Assembly: GCA_032718475.1 (NCBI GenBank)
Contig: JAUCBJ010005287.1
Span: 1 to 47,253, forward strand
Origin: Nemertoderma westbladi
Lineage: Eukaryota; Animalia; Xenacoelomorpha
Length of the DNA: 47,253 nt
Reading direction: 5' to 3'
Each line of letters opens with the position of its first letter. The stretch's first letter is position 1. Below the pieces are notes generated by a model. The model searched no databases. It was not told the DNA's origin and saw only the letters and a program-made list of their open reading frames with translations. Positions 1-11,400 of this stretch are shown one piece after another. A program made the translations under genes and the position numbers.

Positions 1-1130
1 AGAAGTTAGAAGTAGTAAAGGATAGTAAGTAGAGAAGTTAGAAGGCGGCGGAGTATAGGGAGTGTGGTATAAACATACCACGGGAGTAGAGGGTACGTAG
101 AAGGAGAGTAAGTTAGAAGGCGGCGGGGTAAGGGAGTGTGGCATATTGTCATGCCACGAGTAGTAGTAGGGGGGTCGTGGGCACCGGAAGCGCCACGTAG
201 AAAGGAGTAGTAGTAGGGGGGTCGTGGGCACCGGAAGCGCCACGTAGAAAGGAGTAGTAGTAGGGGGGTCGTGGGCACCGGAAGCGCCACGTAGAAAGTA
301 GTAGCAGAGAGAGGTTGTGGGCACCATAAGCGCCACGTAGAAGCAGTAGTAGAGTGGTTGTGGGCACCGTTAGCGCCACGTAGATGGAGGTAGAGTTAGT
401 AAGAGGGTACGTAGTACCGGTTGTGGTTGTGGGCACCGTTAGCGCCACGTAGATAGAGTAGAGTAGTGGAGAGGGCACATAGGGTGCCAGGTAGTAGAGT
501 GGTAGAGACGGGCACATAGGGTGCCAGGTAGTGTAGTTAGAGAGGTAGTTGAGTAGTAGAGAGGGCACATAGGGTGCCAGGCAGTAGAGTAGCAAAGGCG
601 GGCACATAGGGTGCCAGCTTAGTAGAGTTAGAAAGATAGTAGCAGAGTAGAAGTAGTAGTAGAATGGTTGTGGGCACCACAAGCGCCACGTAGATGGAGG
701 GTTTTAGTCAGGGTTAGGAAAGAGTTAGTAGACTTAGCAGAGAGTAGAGTTAGTGGTTAGTAGAGTTAGAATTAGAGCTAGTTAGAGTTAGTAGGGAGTT
801 AGAGAGTTCTAGTTAGAGTTAGTGGAAAGTTAGAGGCTTTAAGTTAGAGCTAGAAGTAGTAAGGGTCAGCAGAGAGTAGAGTTAGTAGTTAGTAGAGTTA
901 GTTAGAGTTAGAGAAGTTAGATAGTTAGCAAGTTAGACCTTAGATAAGGTAGATAGTATGATAGCACAGGGGTAGCATTAGAGATTAGGGCCTTAGGAAG
1001 TGGTAGAGAGTGAGAAGAGCTGTTGGCGAGAGAGAAGAGTGTGATTCAGGTGTGGGGAGAGAGTAAGAGTGGGGAGTTGAGTTAGAGAGCGGAGCTAGAG
1101 TGGTGAGAGTGTCGGGGAAACAAAAATTGT
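1..1130. repeat. Purine-rich low-complexity region with interspersed short hairpin-type repeats
   Basis: (GTA)n/(GTTAGA)n background; about 7 copies of GTGGGCACC-N5-CGCCACGTAG (177-693) and 4 copies of GGGCACATAGGGTGCCAG (473-617). ORFs here are repeat artefacts. Confidence 0.8.
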
Positions 1131-1900
1131 GTGAGAGAAGCGCACGATCGGCCCGACATGAGACGCCAGAGGGTAGTGACATCATACCCATAGGGAGCGG
1201 CCTGGAAAGCCGACTCCAAGAAAATAATCCCACCCCACACCCGATACTAGATCGGGATCCAGCGGAATTGTAGCGCACTTTAGGTGGATGCTATCTTCTC
1301 ACCGGGAAGATAGCATGGGGGGGAGTGTTAGCTTATCCAATTCCGCTAACACGAACCCATAAAGTCAACCGTTAAGCAATATTGGGGGCCACGAGATTGG
1401 GGAACCAATAACTCGTGTCACCCCAACAAAATGGGAAGGAGAAACACACAATAAGGGTCAGGGGCCAAACCCCTAACAGAGAGAGAATAGCTGGAGTGAA
1501 CGGGAACACTCCAAAGGGTGCCAACAAGAATATTAGCCAATCAGGGGGGGAGCATCGACTGGGTAATGCAATGAGGCCAACCCGTGCAGTATATATTACC
1601 TGTCATCACATCATTGTAGTAGTTATCCCAGTAGTCAGGTAGTACGGTGACAGTCAAGACCGTCACCGCCGTCACCCATATTACCTGTCATCACTCATTG
1701 GCGCTATCTGTTATCATATCTACATATATATATATCTACATTATATCTATACTGGAACAACAAACTCCTTTTCTATCACACGGTGCGGCTGACGCGTACG
1801 AAACAACACCGGATAAACCGGGATCCTCTCGGATCCCGTCACACTGCAAAAGGCTGCAGATATCGTCGACAACCCCGAACTGACGAATAAATCTCCCGAC

Positions 1901-3230
1901 TTGATCCTCGAATCCCTCTGTCGGACAGCCCGGGGCGACCCAGACTACGTTGACCTACTTCAGTCAATCCAATCTGGCTTTCCACTAACTTCCCGCGACC
2001 TCCCTGGAGTGGCTCCATATTGGTCCATTCGGGAAGAGCTTTCAACTGACAACGGCCTGGCACTCTACGGCCAGAGAATCGTAATTCCCCGCGCCGCAAG
2101 GAAGGAAGTCCTTGCTCGACTTCACTCTGCTCATCAGGGAGTCGACAAAACTCTACTTCGTGCCCGCCAAACCGTTTACTGGCCCGGTCTAACCAACGAC
2201 GTTAGGACCTCCATTTTGGCGTGCGAACCATGCCTCACCCGTCGCCCAAGTTTGGCGAAGGAACCACTCCTCCGGGACCACGAGGCCAGTCGCCCATTCG
2301 AAGAAATTTCAGGCGACATATTCTCCCTCGATGGAGACCACTTCCTTGCCGTCGCCGATCGCTATTCGGGATGGCCAGAAATATACCCCTACAGTAGCTA
2401 TCCTACAGCAGCATCCACGGCGACCCACCTGCGGGACACATTTATCCACTATGGTGTCCCAAACCGCTTCAACTCCGACGGCGGAACGCAATTTATGGGT
2501 GCGAATCTCACAAAGTTCCTCTGTGATTGGGGAGTCGAACAGGTGTACTCTTCTCTGGAATATCCGCAGGGCAATGGCCATGCGGAGTCGGCTGTTAAAG
2601 CTCTCAAAACTTTATTAACGAAAACGGGGGGGGGGGGGGGGAATACATTCAACTGAATTCCAGGAGGGACTCCTGGAGCTGCGAAATTCACCCCGAGTCC
2701 ATGGGAAATCCCCCGCCGAAATACTATTCGGGCACCCTATGCGTACTCGAGTCCCGATACACAGCCGAGCCTTCCTCTCTGACCATCAACGGGTCCGCAC
2801 GGAACTGGACAGTTGTGTCCCAACTCTTATTGCGTCCCACGCGTCGTATTACAACCGCGGCTCAAAAACCCTCCCTCACTTCTCTATTGGGGATACAGTA
2901 CGCATACAAAACCCAACTTCAAAACGTTGGGACCGCACCGGAACTGTAGTCGAGCAGGCCACTCTGCGCAGCTACAAAGTCCGCACGCCTTCGGGATGGT
3001 GCCTCACTCGAAACCGCCGCCATCTACTCCACGATCACACCGGGACATCGCGGGACACTTCTATGGGGACCTCCGGCAGAGACGCCGTCTTTCAAACCGA
3101 CCCTCCCCCCTACGACTGCCCTACCAAACAAGTGCGATGGGCGAAAGAACTCGTAAACGATTCCGCAATACCAGCTCGGCCGCGCAAAAACTACCCTAAA
3201 CGGCACAGACGCCAACCTAACAGACTTTGA
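1901..3230 (+). pseudogene. Gypsy integrase (HHCC zinc finger plus DDE core), frameshifted at a poly-G run
   Basis: LHSAHQG...YWPG...CEPC; SGDIF, NSDGGTQF, NGHAESAVK. After the G-run at 2626-2641 another frame continues EGLLELRNSP..KSPAEILFGHPMRTRVP. The shift could be a homopolymer assembly error. Confidence 0.9.
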
Positions 3231-3360
3231 AACTGAAACTATTTCTTTTTGGCCGCGCATAAACTTTTCTAAACGGCACCAACGCCAACCTAACAGACTT
3301 TGAAACTGAAACTAACTTATTCTTGTTAGTTTATCATACACCTTCAAACTAGAAAGGGGG

Positions 3361-3623
3361 TGTGAGGATATCATTACTAATTGCCATACGCGTAGCCTAT
3401 AGACTATCTATCTCATTAACATACTTTCATATTCGGTAACATTTCTGCTGTACCGCGGTATTAACACTTTTCTGCTGTATGTCAGTACCATATTACTGCA
3501 GTACTGATACTGACGTCTAACAACCTACGTTATTATTAATTATCTTGTTATCATAAAATAAACTTAATCTGAGCGTAGCGGTACGAAATACACCTTGATA
3601 TTTCCTCACCTTATCGTCTCACA
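3361..3623 (+). repeat. 3' long terminal repeat
   Basis: Starts immediately after the PPT; 6-bp inverted termini TGTGAG/CTCACA. Confidence 0.75.
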
Positions 3624-3936
3624 ACACTGTATATATACTACTGCATATATTCTGATTAACGGGGGTAAATGGTACGCCTACACCTTACCAACTACGCCAA
3701 CGAAACACCTAAAACTACATCTATATCTACACCATGCCTACACACATACATGTACCGGTACCGTAGCCGGTAGGTCTATAAATACTGTACATGTGTCTGT
3801 TTATTCTCAATTAAGTTAGATTTTATACAATATTTCTAAAACTTTCGTATTGTTTTGGTTCCTTTCAAGTGCCTTAGCCACTCCACTACTAAACCGTGCT
3901 ACTGCCAACCTCGCCGGATGCTGAACTAACAAAGTG

Positions 3937-3975
3937 TCAGCTAATATCGATAATATCAGAAAGTGCATAGGCTAC
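3937..3975 (-). CDS. Possible terminal coding exon of the SLC6 gene (VAYALSDIIDIS*)
   Basis: tttag acceptor at 3976-3980, phase 0 matches the preceding donor; VAYALS resembles the LAYAI motif after TM12 of DAT/NET. Speculative; the real last exon may lie outside the window. Confidence 0.25.
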   Translation of the reverse strand, partial: VAYALSDIIDIS

Positions 3976-5200
3976 CTAAAATATCAGAAAGTGCATAGGC
4001 TACCTAAAATATCAGCAAGTGCATATAGGCTACCTAAAATATCAGCAAGTGCATAGGCTACCTAAAATATCAGAAAGTGCATATAGGCTACCTAAAATAT
4101 CAGAAAGTGCATATAGGCTACCTAAAATATCAGCAAGTGCATATAGGCTACCTAAAATATCAGCAAGTGGAAGTGCATATGCTACCTAAAATATCAGAAA
4201 GTGCATATAGGGTACCTAAAATATCAGCAAGTGCATAGGCTACCTAAAATATCTGCAAGTGCATATAGGCTACCTAAAATATCAGCAAGTGCATAGGCTA
4301 CCTAAAATATCAGAAAGTGCATATAGGCTACCTAAAATATCAGCAAGTGCATATAGGCTACCTAAAATATCAGCAAGTGCATATAGGCTACCTAAAATAT
4401 CAGCAAGTGCATATAGGCTACCTAAAATATCAGCAAGTGCATAGGCTACCTAAAATATCAGAAAGTGCATAGGCTACCTAAAATATCAGCAAGTGCATAT
4501 AAGCTACCTAAAATATCAGCAAGTGCATATAGGCTACCTAAAATATCAGAAAGTGCATATAGGCTACCTAAAATATCAGAAAGTGCATATAGGCTACCTA
4601 AAATATCAGCAAGTGCATATAGGCTACCTAAAATATCAGCAAGTGCATATAGGCTACCTAAAATATCAGAAAGTGCATATAGGCTACCTAAAATATCAGC
4701 AAGTGCATATAGGCTACCTAAAATATCAGAAAGTGCATATAGGCTACCTAAAATATCAGCAAGTGCATATAGGCTACCTAAAATATCAGAAAGTGCATAT
4801 AGGCTACCTAAAATATCAGCAAGTGCATATAGGCTACCTAAAATATCAGAAAGTGCATATAGGCTACCTAAAATATCAGCAAGTGCATATAGGCTACCTA
4901 AAATATCAGAAAGTGCATATAGGCTACCTAAAATATCAGAAAGTGCATATAGGCTACCTAAAATATCAGAAAGTGCATATAGGCTACCTAAAATATCAGA
5001 AAGTGCATATAGGCTACCTAAAATATCAGAAAGTGCATATAGGCTACCTAAAATATCAGAAAGTGCATATAGGCTACCTAAAATATCAGAAAGTGCATAT
5101 AGGCTACCTAAAATATCAGCAAGTGCATATAGGCTACCTAAAATATCAGCAAGTGCATAGGCTACCTAAAATATCAGAAAGTGCATATAGGCTACCTAAA
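3953..5200. repeat. 28/30-bp minisatellite, about 42 copies
   Basis: Unit ATATCAG(A/C)AAGTGCAT(AT)AGGCTACCTAAA; on the minus strand it reads TTTTAG|GTAGCCTA(TA)TGCAC. Confidence 0.97.
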
Positions 5201-5285
5201 CAAATCAGCATTCGGTCTAGTAAGTGACATCAAACAAGTTGCAAAATGACGAAAGTGATATTGTAAATAGCTACAACACTCTAAC

Positions 5286-5456
5286 CTCTTTCCAAGTAAC
5301 ACCGGAACTTTTGCAAATCTTATATATTGCGACTCCAGGTATAAGAGACATCGAACTCAAAGTGATTAACCATCCAATGAGGTTGGCCCACATCGGGTAC
5401 TCGTATTGGTCGTGTTTAGCAGGTTTATATCCGACGCAACTAAACACAACAATTAT
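5286..5456 (-). CDS. SLC6 exon 13 (TM11-TM12)
   Basis: [57 protein letters not shown]|gttag. Confidence 0.92.
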
Positions 5457-8400
5457 CTAAGAAATAAATAAATAATAATTTCTATTTGATAAACTTTCTC
5501 TAATATTAACTTTATTTATAGTTTCTTTAAAAGTAACTAATTATTTGCAATTGTAAATGCAAATGAATTTACCGCAAGAAATGTAGGACTCAAGAACTTC
5601 CAACAAAATCTCCACCAAATATTTGGTCTTTTTCCCAACATTTCTTCAATATCATCAGAAAATCTAAAACATAAATAATTACATTGTCCTTTATTATTAA
5701 GATTCCCAATAGAAAATAATACACACCATAAGTATTTTAGAAAACAAATTTTAGAAAATCAAACGCAATTTTTATCAAAAATGTATATTTTGCTATTATA
5801 TGTTTCCGCTTGTTTTCAAACACCCTCCAGCCAATGATGTACATACAGCAGGTACAAACAAGTACAGACAACTAACCTACCTATCAACCCCATAAATCCA
5901 TGATATTCCTATGGCCTCGAACAATACGGTGTAGAGAATTGCTGTTCCCGCTGCGTAGGTATCGAATAGCGTCACCATATATGAGCCTCCGTATGTTACA
6001 TTGGAAAGACCAACTAAGAAAGCTATTCCTATAATAATAGCAGTGTAGATTTCTCTTCGAATGGGGAAGTGCGGCCGAATATCATCGTGAGTACCGGTTA
6101 TAACAGATTCCAAACCGCCCATCTAAACAAATTAAGTAGAACATTAAATCTGTAATAGATTCCAAAACAGCTAATCATCCAAAAATAAACTTTTGTAGGT
6201 TGTATCAGTAATGTTAAATTCATTAGCAATCATAATTCTTACCGCACTGTCCAATCCAAGTGTTAATAACATAATAAAGAAAACTACAGCCCAAGCAGTA
6301 GATCCTGGAAGCGTTGCTATGGCTTCAGGGTATACAATAAACACAAGACCCACTCCTTCAGTTGCAACCTGTAATGTAGTTATCATTTTTAGTATTCCGA
6401 GATTAATAATAATTAGTTACATTTACAACAATAAATTAGTTCAGTTAAAATAGGCGTAAAAAAGGGTCACACTCGAACAAATGGCAACATATTTGAATTT
6501 ATGTGTTTTCTAGGCCCAATTTTTTTTTATTATCAACATATCCAAAATAGGCCCCAATCTGATTGTTAGAACTACTGTAGTAGTAGACAATAGGAATATT
6601 TTTTAGTATTAATATTATATTAATAGTACAATCTTCGGCCGCCACCGGGACCGGATTGTAAAAAAGGGAGTTTTATTACAATATTACAAATTATTATAAT
6701 AAACTCAATTTACAGTCGGCAAATAAAACAGTAATAAACTGAAGGGGATTTCCTCACATAAATAATTAAACGGAAGGGTTATTTATTGTTAAACGTAAAA
6801 GCAGAAAAAGGAATCGTACTGAATAACTACTGTGGGGAGAATTCATGGAATTAATATAATCCCTTTCCTATAATCCTATTTCCTATAACCTTTATAGATA
6901 TTATAGATCTACCCAAATAAAAATGTTGGAGAATCCGATGGGGTACTTTTTAAATCCCGTTACCATGGCAATTGTGAGAAATACATCGACAAACTTAGCA
7001 ATTCTGGAACTTATCCGTATTACGTATAAGTTGCAAAATAATGAAACATGGGAAATAATAATTATTATTTTTTAGTAGTTGAAGGATTGAAATGGAATAG
7101 GAGTTAACCTGAATCCTTCCATATAATACAATACTGGAACTACATATAAATAATAAAATATAAAGCATATATATATACTAAAATACTGGAACTTAAAGTA
7201 TTGGAACTTCTAAAGTTTGCCGCTAAAGGGCGAAATTTTCTGAAAGTGACAACATTATCTCATTTCGTTATTTGTTATCCGTTCATGCTGAAACTTTGCA
7301 AATATAGGCCTACGTGCTAAACCGTCCATAGGTAAGTGTTCTTCATTCTACAGCTAGTGGGCTGAATTTAAAAAACATTTTAGAATGAATCAGTAATTCT
7401 GAAATGAAAAACTTTCGTATTATTTTTTTCGCTATTTCGTATTATTATAATACCTAACACATTCTTACCTTGTCAATAGGAACTCCTTGTTTGTGACTCA
7501 TATAGCCCAATACAGAAAATATAACGAATCCACTGATAAAACTTGTACCGCAATTTACCGAAGATGTAATAATAGCGTCCCTAAAAGCAAAAATAAATAT
7601 TTTTGGAATGGAAAACAAAAATGGTTTTATCTCGCTAACCCCGAGATGTTTTGCTTGCCGCTTTAGCGATGTAGCCATGTATATTCGTTGTATACGTCAA
7701 TGTAAAATAAATATATAATGGGTATATAAATGCTACCAAAACCAAATACTTTAAGAATGGAAGCTTAGTCACCATCGATGGCCTCCCATCATGAACGGTG
7801 GCTCTACTGTGGTAAACTACGTGAATTTATGCATGATTTCTTAATATACATGCACTTTTTAAATTTTGTTAATTTAATTAGTTGGTGCACCAGACTGACC
7901 TTTCATCAATAACTTACATGTAACAATTGTTATTAAATTTGTTGTAACTCGAATAGGCAATGAGAACTCCAAAGCCACAGCCAAGTGAATAGAATATTTG
8001 GGTAGCAGCATCAATCCAAACTTGGGATTTACCTAATAAAAGGAATATTCGGCATAATACTTCTTATTAATTGATTGAGGCTGATAAAATGTTCACGTAT
8101 TATTTAATTTTAATGTGATAGTTATGTTAGGTGGAGGCTATATTAAAATATTACTATGCTTAAAAAAATTATTTCAAACTAGTATTTAATATACATGATA
8201 TTCTATATATTTAATGTTTTACCTACCGAGTTTATATATGTTTGGTATTAAATAGTATTTTATACCGTCCATCGATCCTTCCAATGTAACACCTCGGATA
8301 AACAATATAAACAGCATGAAATATGGCAGAGTGGCAGTCACCCAAACAACCTAAATAATATAAACACGATAAAGTATGGGATATGGCAGAGTGGCAGTCA

Positions 8401-11400
8401 GCCAAACAACCTAAACAATAACTACAGCATGAAATATGGCAGAGTGGCAGTCACCCAAACAACCTAAATAATATAAAAAACGATAAAGTATGGGATATGG
8501 CAGAGTGGCTGTCACCCAAACAACCTAAATAATATAAACAGCATGAAATATGGCAGAGTGGCAGTCAGCCAAACAACCTAAACAATAAATACAGCATGAA
8601 ATATGGCAGAGTGGCAGTCACCCAAACAACCTAAATAATATAAACACGATAAAGTATGGGATTTGGCAGAGTGGCAGTCAGCCAAACAACCTAAACAATA
8701 ACTACAGCATGAAATATGGCAGAGTGACAGTCACCCAAACAACCTAAACAATATAAACAGCATGAAATATGGCAGAGTGGCAGTCACCCAAACAACCTAA
8801 ATAATATAAAAACGATAAAGTATGGGATATGGCAGAGTGGCTGTCACCCAAACAACCTAAATAATATAAACAGCATGAAATATGGCAGAGTGGCAGTCAC
8901 CCAAACAACATAAATAATATAAAAAACGATAAAGTATGGGATATGGCAGAGTGGCTGTCACCCAAACAACCTAAATAATATAAACAGCATTAAATATGGC
9001 AGAGTGGCAGTCACCCAAACAACCTAAATAATATAAAAAACGATAAAGTATGGGATATGGCAGAGTGGCTGTCACCCAAACAACCTAAATAATATAAACA
9101 GCATGAAATATGGCAGAGTGGCAGTCAGCCAAACAACCTAAACAATAAATACAGCATGAAATATGGCAGAGTGGCAGTCACCCAAACAACCTAAATAATA
9201 TAAACACGATAAAGTATGGGATTTGGCAGAGTGGCAGTCAGCCAAACAACCTAAACAATAACTACAGCATGAAATATGGCAGAGTGACAGTCACCCAAAC
9301 AACCTAAACAATATAAACAGCATGAAATATGGCAGAGTGGCAGTCACCCAAACAACCTAAATAATATAAAAACGATAAAGTATGGGATATGGCAGAGTGG
9401 CTGTCACCCAAACAACCTAAATAATATAAACAGCATGAAATATGGCAGAGTGGCAGTCACCCAAACAACATAAATAATATAAAAAACGATAAAGTATGGG
9501 ATATGGCAGAGTGGCTGTCACCCAAACAACCTAAATAATATAAACAGCATTAAATATGGCAAAGTGGCAGTCACCCAAACAACATAAATAATATAAAAAA
9601 CGATAAAGTATGGGATATGGCAGAGTGGCTGTCACCCAAACAACCTAAATAATATAAACACGATAAAGTATGGGATATGGCAGAGTGGCAGTCAGCCAAA
9701 CAACCTAAACAATAACTACAGCATGAAATATGGCAGAGTGGCAGTCACCCAAACAACCTAAATAATATAAAAAACGATAAAGTATGGGATATGGCAGAGT
9801 GGCTGTCACCCAAACAACCTAAATAATATAAACAGCATGAAATATGGCAGAGTGGCAGTCAGCCAAACAACCTAAACAATAAATACAGCATGAAATATGG
9901 CAGAGTGGCAGTCACCCAAACAACCTAAATAATATAAACACGATAAAGTATGGGATTTGGCAGAGTGGCAGTCAGCCAAACAACCTAAACAATAACTACA
10001 GCATGAAATATGGCAGAGTGACAGTCACCCAAACAACCTAAACAATATAAACAGCATGAAATATGGCAGAGTGGCAGTCACCCAAACAACCTAAATAATA
10101 TAAAAACGATAAAGTATGGGATATGGCAGAGTGGCTGTCACCCAAACAACCTAAATAATATAAACAGCATGAAATATGGCAGAGTGGCAGTCACCCAAAC
10201 AACATAAATAATATAAAAAACGATAAAGTATGGGATATGGCAGAGTGGCTGTCACCCAAACAACCTAAATAATATAAACAGCATTAAATATGGCAAAGTG
10301 GCAGTCACCCAAACAACCTAAACGATATAAACACAATAAAGTATGGGATATGGCAGAGTGGCAGTCACCCAAACAACCTAAACATTATAAATAAGAAGTA
10401 TTGGATTGGCAGAGTCAAAAAAATAATTTTAGAATTACATGTTAAGATACTATAGCCTAATAATATGGTAGGTAAAGTAGATTTCATAAAATCTACAATG
10501 TGTAACTGTCTTCGTTTTCATGGTAATGGATAGATGGTTCTAAAAATATCAGGATTTACATTTTGTTTAAACTTTTTAGCGCTCAACTTTTTTTCAATTT
10601 TGAATTTATTGAAGTAAAAAAAGTTTTTTTAGAAAATATAATTCTTGGGGGTGACCAAAGAAAATTTTTTGAATTTCGAAATGAGAAATATAACGTACCA
10701 GTTAACGTGGAAACGAGCAAGATGACACACATAGATTGGAGATACGATATAGATTTTTTTTCAAAAATCATCTATAATATAATCAAAATATTTTATTGTG
10801 TACATTATTTACGGGCATTGCGTGTCTTTATAAATTTTGTATGTAATGCAGATTAATCTGCGTCAGTAACGGATTAATTCTTACTTTTCCGCTCATCTTC
10901 ACGCCTTTCCAAAGACTGAAGTAAAGTATGAGGAACACAAATAGTAAACAGAGAGCCAGTTGCCATTTAACGTTCCCGAGATCGTGAATACCTTGGCTGA
11001 GATCAACATTTAATGCAGATCTTCTGTAAGAGTTAAACGAATAATAATTAGTGGTTGGTTGGCGGCTAGAGTGGTTACAGGAGTGGTGGCACAAATTATT
11101 ATAAGTGGCTGGTTGGCAGCTAGAGTGGTTACAGGAGTGGTGGCACAAATTATTATAAGTCGTTGGTTGGCAGCTAGAGTGGTTACAGGAGTGGTGGCAC
11201 AAATTATTATAAGTCGTTGGTTGGCAGCTAGAGTGGTTACAGGAGTGGTGGCACAAATTATTATAAGTCGTTGGTTGGCCAACCAATGCATCAGAGCCAG
11301 AACAAGCAGTCAAGTTTTATGAAGAACTGACTGGACTTATTAAGGACATCCCGAAACACAATGTTAAAGTCATTGCTGGTGACCTGAATGCGCAAATTGG

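Larger units (their letters stand above)
1780..3623 (+). mobile_element. Ty3/Gypsy LTR retrotransposon remnant (integrase, PPT and 3' LTR)
   Basis: Integrase ORFs 1901-2656 and 2739-3230; polypurine tract AGAAAGGGGG ending at 3360, followed by an LTR with TGTGAG...CTCACA termini (3361-3623) and an internal AATAAA. Confidence 0.85.

Noticed and set aside
170-700. CRISPR-like hairpin repeats
   Set aside because: Spacers are low-complexity (GTA)n of irregular length.
2626-2641. Programmed frameshift in the integrase
   Set aside because: It falls mid-domain at a long G homopolymer; similar long G/C runs occur throughout the window, which suggests slippage or sequencing error.
3808-3920. Alternative SLC6 last exon HPARLAVARFSS...LYKI*
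   Set aside because: An open frame follows a ttcag, but I see no convincing similarity to SLC6 C-termini.
4259-5227. ORFs of (YRLPKISESA)n and (HIGYLKYQKV)n as repeat proteins
   Set aside because: They arise from a 30-bp unit that happens to lack stops; 28-bp units break the frames and the starts are non-ATG.
8351-10415. CRISPR array (constant repeat with variable spacers)
   Set aside because: The spacers are only two recurring variants, the repeat is exon-derived, the DNA is eukaryotic and no cas genes are present.
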